A stretch of 64,000 nucleotides of DNA, taken from the human T2T-CHM13v2.0 reference genome, Homo sapiens. The stretch lies in the NCBI RefSeq assembly GCF_009914755.1, contig NC_060936.1, one strand, 5' to 3'. Within the stretch, counting starts at the first letter, position 1, and each line of letters starts with the position of its first letter. Below, in pieces: positions 1-13,680 of this stretch. The position numbers and the translations under genes are program-made. The notes below the pieces were generated by a model. It saw nothing but the letters and a program-made list of their open reading frames with translations. It ran no database searches and was not told the origin of the DNA.

Positions 1-619
1 CTTTCTCCTCCCAGAGCCCGGAGTAAAGGCAGGGAAGGGATGGAGGGGGAGGAGCTGCCACCTCCATAAATCACTAGAGGGCTGTGCTGGGCTTCAGAAG
101 GAACATCCACAGCCGGGCCTGGGTGTGCCAAGTGCGAGCCACCTGGGCACTTGGTGAACTTCCTCAATGGCACTCACTGCCTTGATTACCTGGGAGTCCA
201 CCTTCTGTCCTAATAAAGCTGAAGAGCAAAACTTAGCCAACGGTGACATGTCAAAGGGCTCATGGCTGGGGCCCAGCCCTGGTTGGACCCTCCATGTCCC
301 AAGGGCTGTGTCAACTCGGCATCAACCTCTTGGTGCTGAAAGAGGGCTTCCAGTGAAGGGGCTCCAACGCCTTTGCTCTCTGCTCTCATCAATGGCTGGG
401 ATCCCCTCCACCTCTGACAAGCCATTCAGAACAGCAGTGAGCGTTTCCTGGAGGTGCACCCATTGGGCTTTAAATTTAAGGTTGACATCACAAGAGGCCC
501 AGTGGGTGGGTGAGAAAAGAGGCCCAGTGGGTGGCCAAATAAGAAGGGGAACACCCTTTCTTATTTCAGACCATCACCACTGTCACCACCAATGCCTTCC
601 GCCTCCTCATCACAGCCAA

Positions 620-830
620 TAGCCCGTATGTAGGGGCCAGGCCCTGTTCTAAATTATCACCCCATCCAAACCTCACAATGACTCTATGAAAATATGGAAA
701 ACCCTGTGACCATTTTACGAGGGGAGGAAACTGAGGCACACAGAAAGGATGTCACTTGCCCAAGGTCACACGGGAGATTTGTGGCAGCTCTGGGGTTCAA
801 ACTCAGGCAGTCTGGCTTTGAAGTTTGTAT
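620..830. mobile_element. MIR (one of many; others near 4860, 6070, 7860, 11990, 20220, 27450, 32460, 53780, 59570)
   Basis: MIR core ccattttac...gaggaaactgaggcacacaga...cacttgcccaaggtcacac. Confidence 0.75.
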
Positions 831-2621
831 TGTAACAACAAGCTCTTGCATTGTTCTTTGTAAGAGACATTTCTTAGGAGCAGAGAGTGAATCCCTCATT
901 TCTCCCCCAAGCACAGCCTCCTATAGGAACTCTGATATAAGACAGATGACAACACTTCTACACCATCACTGCCCAATCCCCTTGGATACCCAGAGCTCAG
1001 TGGAATGCAGTGGAGAAAAGACGCTGCCCTGTACTCTCTTCTATCCACAGAGCATCACATGTGTGCACGAATCCATAGACCAAGGGTGGCTCTGAAGGGA
1101 ACCAGGCTGGTGGCAATGAGAAGGAAACGGTGTACTGGTATCGAGTACCCACCACATGCCAGGACCGAGTCAGTGTCTCCCATGCATCACCTGCCCTAAC
1201 CCTGGGAGGGGGGCGCAGCCATCATTCCCGTTTCACAGATCAGAAAACTGTGGCACAGGGAAGGCCAGTGTGGGTTGAACTGCCGTGGGTGGGAGCTCTG
1301 AAAGGCAGCCCTCCGCTGCTGCCCTGAGCCAACACAGGGCACCACGTGCCTGCCCCGCTGTGAGGGTGAGGGCCGTGACCTGCTGCATGCAAGGTGTGTC
1401 CCCTGCTGTCTCTGATGAGAGGCGAGGGAAAGGCTGCCAGCCAGGAGGAGAGAGGAGCAGATGTCCAGACAAATATGGCCATGTGTCAACAAAACAGGCA
1501 CTTGAGCTCAAGACTCGGAGACAAAGGTGGCTGGCGAGGCTCTCCGAGGGTCCCCATGCGCCTTCTCTGCCTGTGCATGTTCCCAGGGCCCACAAAGGCC
1601 GCAGCTGTGTCCTGGAGCTGCCACCTTTGGCTCTGCACAGCTGACCCACCCCCTGGGCCTCTTGTGATGCCAGCCTGCTAAAGCCCAATGGCTGTGACTC
1701 CAGGAAATGTTCACTGTTCTTCTGAGGAGCAGCTCGTCAGAGGTGAAGGGGATCCCAGCCATTAATGAGACCTCCCTGTCACTTTATTTTAGCCTTGAGG
1801 AATAGTGAGGCTGAGAGAGGGGACAGGCCACCTGTGGGCAGAGCTCACGGAAGGCAGCCCACTGTGACAGCTCTGCAGCCACATTCCTTCTGGATTCTGA
1901 CCTGGAGCTCAATGCCACGAGGGCAGTGGCTTTGGGTACAGCCAGGCTCTTGTTCACACAGCCTCTGCCCCACATTGGAGGCTGGGCCCAGCACCCACTG
2001 CAGGAGCAAAGCCTGGCTGTGCTGTACTGAACCAATTTGGAGATGCCGCCTTGCTTCAAAAATAAAAGGTTCTCAAGGAGCCTGGAGGGATTTCGGTATG
2101 CACGCTTGCATGCAGCTGCACCTGCAGGGGCTGCCCTCACAGATAACCAGCACAAAACAGAAGCCCTGGCCATGAGCGGAAAAAAGGAAGGGGAAGACGC
2201 ATTCCCGTGGCTGCTTCTTGGGTGTCTCCTACTCTCCAAGCGCCCTGCCCTCTCTGCACTGTTCTGCGTGGCATTTCCCATACTGCCTACCCCAGGGGGC
2301 CACCTGAACTGAGGAATTTTCTTGATGACGTGGAGAGGCCTGGGAAACCCATTTGCTTCCCATCCCCAGTTTATGTCCCAGGTTCCTGCATATGTGAAAC
2401 TAGGGGAGGGAAGGGGACACAGAAACTGCCCCTTCCTCCAAATACAAACCCCCCAGGATCTTCTCCAAGGATGTTGTACACATTAAGCAGAAACAAAGGC
2501 AAAAAAAGAACACCTGCATGGGGAGGTGACTCTGTGTGTGTTAGAGGCCTGGCTGTCTCTCCTACAATGGGTACTGGAAAGGGGAGGCCTGGACAGGTGG
2601 GGAAGGGATTCACGGTCTCAC

Positions 2622-2727
2622 CTTCGCATCCTGCTTGGTGAGGAAGTCCACAAAGCCGAAGCCTCTGTGTGTGCCTGTCCCAGTCATCTTCTTTGGCAGG
2701 CGGACCGTCTTCAACTCCCCAAAGGTG
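2622..2727 (-). CDS. RBM19: RBM19 internal coding exon (106 nt; RRM6 RNP1: [35 protein letters not shown])
   Basis: Minus strand reads ...ccttttgtttctAG|C ACC TTT...GCG AAG|GTgaga, 1+105 nt. RNP1 motif RGFGFVDF is present and AG+C gives Ser across the large intron. Visible inside ORF 2610..2852. Confidence 0.97.
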
Positions 2728-5301
2728 CTAGAAACAAAAGGCAAGACATAGGGGTTTAAGAATAGAGGCCTGCAAGGGAGGTCGGGAAGGCAGGACTGAT
2801 TCTCACATGTAAATCCCTTTGGGTTATAAAAGACAAGTGCATGCAGGCACACACACGCTCACACATGTCAGCTCAGGGGCATGAGCAGCCTTCTCCTCCC
2901 AGGCCCGGGCCATCAGGCAGGGCAGGGAGGGAACAATCAGGCTGGAGATGTGAATGGAGAATTTTTAGTTCCTCTGCAACCAGCTAGAGACTCCCTGCCC
3001 CCATGGGGCCCCACTTCCCTGTGGGGTAACTATGCACTGGGGAGGACCCTGCCTAGTACACAAGCAGCCAGGCTCCGGTTGAGGGGCCTGGCCAGGGCAA
3101 GGGGCTGCCCATGTGTGCTAGTAGGGGCTCTGGACATGTGATCAGCAGGGTTGCCTGACCTTTCCAAACTGCCTGTATGTCTGAGCTGAGCACATGGCGA
3201 CCCCAGGCTGAGCAAATGGGATGGGGCCCTTTCTCCTGGACCTGGGACCTGGGACATGTATTTCTTCAGCGCTCAAATGATACGCAGCTACTCCCTTTAA
3301 ACCCTGCTTCCCCTCCCTGTGAGCTTTCATTTCGATATCTTCTAAGCCAAAGTCAGGCAAAGCTCTGGAGAAGAAAATGGCTTGGCTCCTCCTGATAGGG
3401 ATCAAACTGGTAACCACGGCCTTGGACCATCCCCCCCGGTTCCCTTCTCTCCTCTCCTCCAGGTTAAACCTTTGAGAAATTGTAGGACAAAGGGATAGGG
3501 CTTTCTCAGGCCTCCCTTGCCTCCCTGTCTCACTTCCCACCTCCCAATCCCTTTCTAATGTCCATTTATCAAATATATATGCACAAATTGCTACCGATAA
3601 ATATTTAATGTGCACGGCATCTGAAGAGAGGTATTATTTTATTTGAAAATCTACACACACTTGCGGCCGCCTGGGCACACACACATATGCACGATGGTCT
3701 AGGATGCTTCGGGGCCAAAGACTGATTGGGTAAAAAACACAGTAAAGGCCGTAAGCTCTCGTGAAATGATATAAGCTAAATCCGAAGTGTTAACCCACAG
3801 CCCTGCCAGCATGACCAGGCATCTGCCAGCCCAATTTCTGAAGGCAGGACAGTGTGTAAATGCGGCATTATGAATCCTCAAAATGAATCTGCACGTCTCC
3901 TCGGAGCTCTCCCCAGCAGCTCTGCTCCCCCCTCCTGGTGCCTCCTCTGTGCAGGCAACGAGAAACGGCAGAGAGGCACTGGTGACAAGGCCAGCCTCCC
4001 AGGGAGGGGAAGGAGCCAGGAACGTGGGGAGTGGAGCCCGGTCAGGTTTCCCTGCTGGAGGGGGGCCAGGGCTGGGGACCAGAGGCTGGGCAGGTGGGGA
4101 CAAGGTGAGGTTGGAGAGCTGAGGAGTCAAGCCCACAAACCCTACTTCATTCTGCCACCTAAAGGCGGATGCATCCCATGACAGACACAGTCTCTCTTCC
4201 CTCCACCAAAGCCCCTCTGCCATGCTGGCTTTGAACAGGGAGGGAAGGGCGTGGACAAATTTTCTTGTAAGCTCGTTCAGATGAATGGTTCTTTGGGTCC
4301 AAGTCTTCAGAAGCCCACTGGGACTACAGGGATGGCACATCCGGCAGCTAAGGGGCTGGAGCCTGAGAGCGTTCAGAGCTGGTATGAGGCAACTGAGAGG
4401 CACATGGAAGACCAGGCTGGGTGCTTTCTCAACACGGCCATAGACAGCCACTGGGTGAGCTGGTTCCTCTGTCCGTGCCTTGGCCTCACCTAACTGCACT
4501 AGCCCCGAGATGTCTTTCCTGACCCCTGGAGGCTGGGGTGACTGCCCCCATCCACAGTGTCACCGCTCACTGTGCCCCCTGACCAGGGCTCTGTGGGGTG
4601 CATGCCTTCCCTGGCCAGGGCTAGGGCTCAGCTCCGCAAGAGTCCAGGCGCCATCTATCTTGCTCATCACTGGACCTGTGTCAGTGAGCCCAGGAGTCGG
4701 GCTCAGGGTAGAAGCCTGAAGGTGTTTTGGAACGAATAAACAAGCAAATGGTAGCCCTGGAAGGTAGACATTACCACGGGTAAATTACACCTACCCTCAG
4801 AGGGCGGTGATGAGGGTGAAATGAAATACACATAGCACAAATGTGAACTATTGTTAGCCTTATCATTCCCATGTTACAGATGAAGAAACCAAGGCTCTGG
4901 GAGCCAGGGATCCTTCCTCACAGGCAACAGGGTTAGAATGTGAATCCAGGCATGTCTGACGTTAAGCCCAAGCTCTCTTTCTGCTGCACAATGACTCAAC
5001 CCGCTTGCATCATCTGGACGGGGACTGGCCACTTGCAAGAGCTGGGGCCTCTTTCTTCCCGAGTCTCGGCCAGGTCTGAGGTGAAGCAGGAAGGCCCCAT
5101 ACGGGGTGGCTAGGAATGCCCTGTGTGGACTCCCAGGGGTCCAGTGACTTCCCTAAGACCACCAGGCAAGGTGGGGGTAGACCGAGTCCCAGTTCCTTCT
5201 GCCCACACTGTGTGCAAACCCTCTACTTCTGCCCACAAGGGCTATAATCTCCTATCCCTTGATGGTCTCAATGACCTCTGCCCAGATTTCTGGTAAGCCA
5301 G

Positions 5302-5305
<4 letters not shown>

Positions 5306-5359
<54 letters not shown>
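5306..5359. repeat. (TG)27 microsatellite followed by a GA-rich tract to ~5435
   Basis: Counted directly. Confidence 0.97.
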
Positions 5360-5361
<2 letters not shown>

Positions 5362-7056
5362 GGAGAGAAGGGGTCGGGGGGTGGTGGTGTGAGAGAGAAA
5401 GAGAGAAGGAGAGAAAGAGAGAGAGAGAGAAAGAGACTGTTGGGGTTAATTCCTCCCTCTCTGCAGCACACTGCAAGCTGTGGATGCTCTGTGCATGGTA
5501 AGCAGCTAAGGGTCCGGAGAAAGGCGAGAAAAATAATTAAAAGGTAGAGAAAAACGCTGTTGAGGAGAGGCTACAGAAGACATGCTTTTGTGGCCTGCAA
5601 AAGTGGCATTTGAGAGTTCAGCAGGGAAAGCTGGGACAGAAGGGCACCCTGGATCTACCAGGGATCGTAGGCAGGGATCAGGGAGCTGGGGATCCCATCC
5701 CAGGCAGCTGAAGGGCCTTGGGGGAGGTCACAGCTGTGGTTGGGGGTTTCCAGGCAGACATCAGCATGACAAATGAAACGCCACCCACGAAGACTCTAGA
5801 AGCTTCAGAAATCCTATTATTCTTCAGAGTCAGAGAAATGGCTACAGTGAGCAGGTTTCTTTCCTCCTTCTAAGAACAGGACATGAGAGAACTGAAGCTT
5901 AAGGAGGAGCTGAAAGATCAGGGTTAGATCTTAGAAGGAACTTCCCGATGTCTGTGGACACTTCCTGAAATGCATGGATGAGGCTTCAAGACACCATCAT
6001 TGCTGCCATCATTTCCGCTACCAATGAGTGCCTGCAATATGCAGTCTTTTAAATACATCATATCCATGCCTCTGTTTTACAGATGGGAAAACCAAGGGAC
6101 GGAGAAGAAAAGCGACTTGCCCATGTCTCATGGCCCCAGGAACTCAAAATCGAGGCGAGATCTTTCTCATCCGGGCTGCTTCTCCCAGCCCAAGAACAAA
6201 GCTGGACAGTGAGTGGCTTGGTTGCTTGTATAACGGTGTGGGATCATATAAGGCCAATACTAATGATCTCAGAGAGCTATCGAAAGAGAATTAAAAAGAA
6301 AAAAAAAGGTTGGGGGAGAAGAAATCGATGAAGTACCTTTAGCTCCTTGGAGATAAGCGATATATAAATACCAGCCATTATTAAGGTTCTTATCTGACAG
6401 CAAGGTCTACGAAGCTGTTTTTAAGAGCAGCTTTTGAAGGAAGTTGTGCATGAACCTTTGTCTCCTGGGAGCTGAGGCCAGTGTTGGGGCGAAGCTGCGC
6501 AGGGCCACCAGGGACTGGGGAGGAAGAAAATCACAGGGCACCCAGGAACTCCTCCCTGAGCCCAACTCTGCCGCTCGGGGGGAAGGAGATGCACACCACA
6601 CTCCCCACTGTGCAGATAATAGAAACCACAAAGTAGCAATTACTGTATCAGAAGCTGTGAATAAAGAGGACATACCGGGCTTTTAAACACAGCCCTCCTT
6701 CCCTCCCCCACCAGGCTCACACTTCGGTAACAAACTCACACCTCACTTTTCCAATTATTTCATTCACCCTGGGTTCACCAATTACTCCCCCACCCTGCAG
6801 CCCCACCCCCTCTGCCATGCCAGGAGCATGATTGGTGGTGGGTTTGTGGGTTTTCCACAACTAGAGTTTGTTGTCACGTTTCTAATTTCTTTTGAGGTGT
6901 GTGGTGGGGGGAGAGAAGGGAGGAGGGGGGAGGAGGTGGGATGGGGCTCCGAGGTGTTGCATGAGGCAAGCCAATTATGCCCAGCACTCATAAACAAGTC
7001 GGGGGATGGAAATCGTGTTTGCACACAGGCCTGAAGGCAGACACAATACGTGTGTC

Positions 7057-7080
7057 TGTGTGTGTGTGTGTGTGTGTGTG
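7057..7080. repeat. (TG)12
   Basis: Counted directly. Confidence 0.95.
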
Positions 7081-8677
7081 GGGCCAGCGTATGGGTGGGT
7101 GGGGATTTCCTCTCTCCGTGCAAATTGCGTGCCCCCTGACTGGTCTTGCCCCAGCCCTGGCCAGCAGCTGCTACCGAAAAGGGATGAATCATCTTGGGTC
7201 TCTCTCTCCCTCCCTGACTGAAGCGACAGGCTCAGGGGGAAAGAAGTGAGAGGAAGGCTGGAGCAGAGGAAGCGAGAACCCTCCAGAGATGCGGAGCTGG
7301 ACAGTTTTGCAGCTGTGCTGGTACCTGGAGCCTGGGCAGGCTGGGAGTCCTGCTTAACCCCACAGCCTGCATGCTGGCACCAAGTGGGGGTCAAACCTAG
7401 GGCCTTCTGCTCCCAGGACATAAGTCCCCCTCACTATTCGGATCTGCTGGAAGAACCAGAATCCCAGCAGAAGTGCTGAGTCATGTGGGGGAGTTTGCTG
7501 GCATAACTTCTCCCCACCTGCACCCAAGGCATTGTTGAGAAAAGAAAGTCTGCTGCCACCTAAGAGACCCAGAATCAGAACAACGGTGTGATCTGAACAA
7601 GATGAAGGGGTGGTTTCATGATAAGAATAAACTACAAGCTTCTTCTGCTCCTTCTAGAGGTAAGAAAAAATAGCTCAATCTCTTGGCATTAAAAAGCCTT
7701 TCAAATATGCCACCCCTACCAATTTTCTAACACACATGATGCACATACACGCACATCTGTCCATTCACTGGGTACTTCCTCAGCGCTTACGTGCCCTGCA
7801 GCATGTTAGCACCTGCTGGACATGAACTCACAAGGCCCATGTGAGCTGAGCAATGTCAATCCCATTTCCTAGATGGAGAAAACTGAGGCTCAAAGAAGGA
7901 ACATGATTTCTCCAAGGTCTCGGTGAGCCCTTACCTACCACAACAGGTGAAGTGACTTGCCCAAGGTTCCATGGGCAGCATCAGGCTTAGCTAGGCTCAA
8001 AGTAGGCGGTGTGCCCCACAGGTCTATGCTTTGCTAAGAGCTCACACGATTGGTCCACCTATCTACAAGCAGCCAAAGATGATGCAGAGTGCAGGGAGGG
8101 AGTCACCAGCAGGTCAAGTATTAACCTTGCCCTCACCTTGATTGGGGGCAGCTGCATGGGAAGCCTCTTAGCTGGGAAGCAGCCAGTGAGCTCCCTCCCC
8201 TCTTCCTCAGATGCTCAAGAAGACTATGGGATAAAGCCACTTATCTCAACTGATAAAGGTATAGAGCTGAGGATGCCTGATCTTTGCTTACTGCTCCCCT
8301 GGCCCCATCCTAAAGAAGGGCCCCACCAGTGAACTTATGGACCCATGGAACCATTCCCACTGAGCAAGAAATATGGTAAGATGGCAGCTGCCTTGCATGG
8401 TGTCCTGTCTCACATTCCTCTTCCCTTACAGAGTTCCCATGTGGCCAAGGGCCCCAGTTGTGGCAAGTTGGAGAGATAGACCAACTGCACAGCTAGGAAC
8501 AAACCTATCCCTTCATCTATAATGGGCAATTTCTGTAGTGGAGGGAGGCTTGGGAACAGAACTATCATCTAAAATTCTCACTTTTCCTGAGATACATACA
8601 AACTAAAGCCTTTGGTGAGGGCTTGTCTCAAGCCTGTCTCATCCAACTCTCTAACAGAGGCTAATCCAATCAGTCTG

Positions 8678-8866
8678 GTGGGTTTCAATGGGTACTAGTG
8701 CCCCAAGTTTCACAAATATGTGCTAGTCATCGCCACTCCCACAGTGGGTTTCAATGGCTACTACTGTCCCCAGTTTCATGAATATCTGTCAGTCATCACC
8801 ATTCCCACAGTGGGTTTCAATGGCCACTACTGCCTGGAGTTCTGTGTGTATGTGCCAGTCATCATC
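8678..8866. repeat. 66-bp minisatellite, ~2.9 copies
   Basis: GTGGGTTTCAATGG starts at 8678, 8744 and 8810. Confidence 0.9.
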
Positions 8867-8919
8867 TCTTCCAAATTGCTTAACTCTCTAATGGTTTTTG
8901 CATCCTTAGAATAATTTCT

Positions 8920-9430
8920 GAGCTCCTTACTTGGGAATCAAGGCTGTGCCTGATCAGACATACTTTTCTTGCTCTCCAATCTTATCTCATGCCCTGCACC
9001 CCCTCATTTACTATGAAGAATCCACACTGGCTTTCCCCATTCCCTGAACCCACCAAACGTATGCTTACCTCAGGGCCTTTGCACTTGCTTTTTGTATCAC
9101 CTGGAACCCTGCTTGCCTAGATGTTTTCACAATTGACTCTTTCTTGCCATTCAATTCTCAGCTGAAATGCCACCTCCTCAAAGAGGCCTTCTGTGACCAT
9201 CCTATCTAACGTTGCCTCCTTTGCACACCCACCCCTGCCTGTCACATCTGAGCACTGTCTGAAATGGCTTGTTTACTTATTTATCTTTCCTCTCATTTTG
9301 CTAGAGACTGAAAGTGGACTCCAAGATGTCATGGCTCTTATACTCTGTTGTGTCTACAGAACCTGAGACTGTGTCTAGCACTCAGAAAACACTGTATCCA
9401 TTCATTTAATCATGAATTCATCATCTATTG
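8920..9430. mobile_element. L2 3' fragment
   Basis: cctcagggcctttgcacttgct...ctcagctgaaatgccacctcctcaaagaggccttc. Confidence 0.7.
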
Positions 9431-10439
9431 ACATCTCCCCGAGTGCCAGGTCCCTATACTTCTCATGCATTATCTCATATAACTGTATGTTCTTGTGGAA
9501 GCATAGTCACACTTGGGGGCAACATATTCAGTCTTTCTGTCCCATAGGATGATGCTCTTTTATGCAGTGCAACCATATGCTATTACAAGGAGCATTTGGT
9601 CCTCAAGAATCAACACTCTTTCCAAAGTATCCATGTTTATTCCTTCCAGGCAATGAATCATCACAGCAAGAAAAAAAAAAAAGGGGCAGGGGGGCCAGCT
9701 AGATCATTTACCAAGGGAATACTGTCTGGATAATGATGTTCAAATCATGTGCTGCTTGGTGGGAACGAGAAGACACTGGCTCCTTCACAGGCAACCCTGG
9801 CCAAGATGCAGACACAAATAAGGAGTTTCAGCATGGTTTGCCCTGCACTGAGATGTTTTCTCTCCCGCAGAAGGTTATGTTGATGAGTGTGTACAAAGTG
9901 CAGGGTCAAGCCTGCTCTGACAAGAGGCAATGGCTTTGGAAGCCATTTAATGGAGGCATATTTAGGAGTGGAGTTTCTTCCTCTTCTGTTCTTGCTCTCC
10001 CTTCTTAGAGTGCCTTTTAGACTGAACTTCTCCAGCTACTGCTCATCATGGTGAGAGCCAGGTGTAGAAAGGTTACCTTATCACCATCAACGCAATATTC
10101 CCTTTCATTTTTGCCTCCTGGAGGCTGAAAAATGGCCTAGATTCCAAGAAAGTGAAAAAAAGAGGTGTGGAGGAGGGCCTTTAGCTTTTCTCAATAGCGT
10201 TTCCTTGGGGTCCTTTCCAGGCAAGCATGACCCTCTCTCATTTTCTAGATGAGAAATCCCAGGGATGAGCACTTAAATGGTATTTCTAAATCAGAGTCAG
10301 GGCCTGCGTTTCAGATGGAACCCACAGACTCTCCTGAGAGGCTCTGGATGGGGCGGATTTGGCATGCAAAAAGTAGGCTCCTGGCCTGGCTCTGCCCTCA
10401 CCAACTGGGTGAACCTGGGCAAATCATTTCCAGCCTGGA

Positions 10440-10587
10440 CTGATACCTGGACTGGTAGCATCAGCATCACCAGGGAGCTTGTCAAAAATGCAATGTTCTG
10501 CCCTCCTCTTGTCTTTCTGGATCAGCTCAGGGGCTGCACCAAGCCCTCTAGGTGAGTGTGGGCCTGCTCAGGGTTGAGGTCCACTGC
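10440..10587. mobile_element. MER5A-like
   Basis: agcatcagcatcaccagggagcttgtcaaaaatgca. Confidence 0.6.
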
Positions 10588-11481
10588 CCCACTGGAAGGG
10601 ACAGGGGCCACTCAGCCCCAAGCTAGATAGCCAGGTGGACATCTGGGCCCAGGACTAGCAGATCTTCCCCTTCTTCCAAAGAAGCTAGTGGTCCAGATTA
10701 TTTTAAGAAATGAGATTTTAAAATATTGGTAACAAAGTCAAGACACCGTGTTGCCAAAAACAACAGAAGGAGTCTGTGGGCTGCCTTGGGTACCACGTCC
10801 TACATTTGGGCTCCATTCTGATTTTGGTTTCAAGAGATCATAAGAGCTGGTCTATATCCCTAAATAAGGAATCCTCTTACCTCCTTATGACCTGGGGTTA
10901 GGTCTTGGGACAAGCAACAGGGTCTTTCTGACCTCTCCTTTGGCCCCTGCAGCCTACCAGCCCTCTCAGTTGTGTTCACATCATGTAGCCTCTGCAGGAT
11001 TCTAAGCTCCTTGGGGACAGAGAGGGTCTTGCCATGGCAATTTGCTGCACAGCATCTACCTCAGATGTGAACACATTTGTGGCTACACTTAATGAATGAA
11101 TTGAATCATCCCTCGCCAATCTCCAGCACCGAAATCACAATTTGAAGCTTGGTAGGAATTTTCATGGGACTCATCATTCAGATACTATGGATCCTGCAAT
11201 CATCACCAGGCAAATATTTCCCAAGCATATCCTCTGTGCAGGCACCAAGCTCTGGGCTGGGAAAGAAATGTGGACCTGATGTGCTCCGGCCTCCAGGGGG
11301 CGTGGATTTTAAGCCGGTGGTTTTCAATCCCCTCCAACCCAGGGTTGGTGCACACTCTCAGCAAAATAGTTTTCAGCATGCATCTCCAATATATGTACAG
11401 TTTAAAACTGATAAATAATATGCATATGTACTGCTATTTCATTCTCTTTGTAAATCTTTAAATAAAAATTAGGAAATTTAA

Positions 11482-11839
<358 letters not shown>

Positions 11840-13384
11840 CTAGTATTTTTTCTCCTGTTCCATCGCAGGCACCTTCGGTAGTCACACCCTTTATTTAAGA
11901 GCACACAGCAGGCCAGGCATTGTGCTAAATATAGTCCATGTATTACTCTTATGCGTCCTCAGTAACTCTGTGGGGCAGCTGTGTGGCCATTTTACATACA
12001 GGAAAAATGAGTCTCTGGCTGCTTAAGGTATTTACCAAAATGTACAAAGCTATTAAATGGTGAGACAGGTCTCACACCAAAGCCTGATGAAACCCCAAAG
12101 CCTATGCTCTCCTTACCTGTTGCCTCACAGTAGACGGGGTAGATCTGTGCGTACAGTTTAGAAGCAACTGAAGGGGGAACCCTGTCTGCTGAACCTGAAT
12201 AGAGTCCTCGGGCAGAGAATTTCATAAAAATAGAGTTTTAAAAATCAGAGATAACTTTTTTAAAACAGTGTTTCTTGAACTTGTCCTGAAAGATATTGAT
12301 AGATATTCTATGTTTAAAGTCTTCTGGGATTTGGTAAGTTTGGGAGACATCTATTTAAACAGAGTTCAGCAAGCTTTTCTGCTGCAGACCTTGACAGTGC
12401 CTTTAAGATGTTAGGTGCATGGAGGATTTCTCTGGGAAAGGAAAAGACATAGTGTTTCTCAAACTCCCAAACAAGGAAAGCTATTAGCATCTCTCAGGAC
12501 ACTGGTATTCCATGGAATACAGCTGGGAGGTACGATATGGGAGAGGAGAAGAAGGCAGTCACTTCAGAAGGGCCGAACATACACATTAAGGCACAAGGCC
12601 TTGGTCTTTAACTAACATTCAGGTAACACTTCTAACTCACCAGGGACTGTATACAGCAGGGAGCTTCTGCAGAGGAAGTCTAGCTCTGACAGTGAGGGGC
12701 TGAATCACAGCATCACCAAAAGAACCTAAGTGCGGAGCCAGACTTTGGTTCAGATCCCAGCCCGGCACCTGCCACCACCTTTCTGAGGCTCAGTTTTGTC
12801 ACCTATAAAATGGGCTCCAACCAACGTCCCCCAGCCCACACAATGTCGTTGAATCCAGGTTCCTGGCATGTATCAGGAACTGAAGAAATGGGAACTGTTG
12901 TGAGTAATGTGCTTATCTGTGAAAAGGATCTATATTGGTGCCAAGCAGGTGACCCCTCCTAAGCCCTTATGGTATTTTGGGTCAAAGCGAGGAACTGGCT
13001 GAGAGTCCGACCCCTCCTAGTGAACATCAGGAGTTCCCAGAAAAGACCTGAGATGGCAAAGGGGCCTAAGCAAAAGAGGCCAGATGTGATTCTGTGATTC
13101 GTGGAACTCTGAAGAAGCAGTGGATCTCCCTCTTATCCACATGGATAATTGGAAGAAATTGTCCCCAAGGAGGCATCTCTCAGCCAGACCCAGGCACCTC
13201 TGCCATCCCTTGGGCAGGGCAAGCCCTTGGGATAGCTGTGCATGCTCCTCCTCTCAGGAGAGGATGGAGGCACGATTTCTGGCCTGGGGTACTGCATTCT
13301 GGTCAGTTCCACCCCTCTGCCTGAGTGAGTTAATGAAACACACAGTGGATGCTCTCCCCCACTTTCTCCCCCTCTAGTCTTCAG

Positions 13385-13680
13385 CTGCCTCAAGTACAGC
13401 TAATCCCATTACAAGAAAATAAAGTGGATAATTCAGGCTAATGAAATCGTTACTAAAATGTGGCCAGCCAGAGGTGGACATTCAGAACCAATTTAACACC
13501 CTTTGGTGTCGTTATCCTCAGTACACGAAATGTGAAAAGAGGAAGGACAAAAATTAAAGAGGAAAAAAAAAACCCAGCCGTTTGCTTGTTATCTTAAAAA
13601 TGGTTCAAGAATTAATCAGCCGCATATCTTGCTTTTTGCTATTATCTCCATCAGGCCTGATATCTCCAAGGTAACTCCAG
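13385..13680. promoter_or_regulatory. Candidate conserved non-coding element / enhancer
   Basis: No recognisable repeat; dense in TAAT/ATTA (TAATCC at 13401-13406) and TTATC motifs. Motif inference only. Confidence 0.4.

Noticed and set aside
71-82. CTCF-like TCACTAGAGGGC
   Set aside because: A single imperfect motif with a mismatch at a key C; cannot be supported without ChIP data.
492-534. 18-bp direct repeat AAGAGGCCCAGTGGGTGG x2 (25-bp period)
   Set aside because: Simple slippage-type micro-duplication with only 7 nt between copies; no element enclosed.
3699-4499. Longest ORF (266 aa, minus strand)
   Set aside because: Intronic, no recognisable domain, low-complexity Pro/Ala composition typical of GC-rich chance ORFs.
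8678-8866. CRISPR-like repeat/spacer appearance
   Set aside because: The 'spacers' are homologous to one another, there are only three units, the context is a eukaryotic intron and no cas genes are present.
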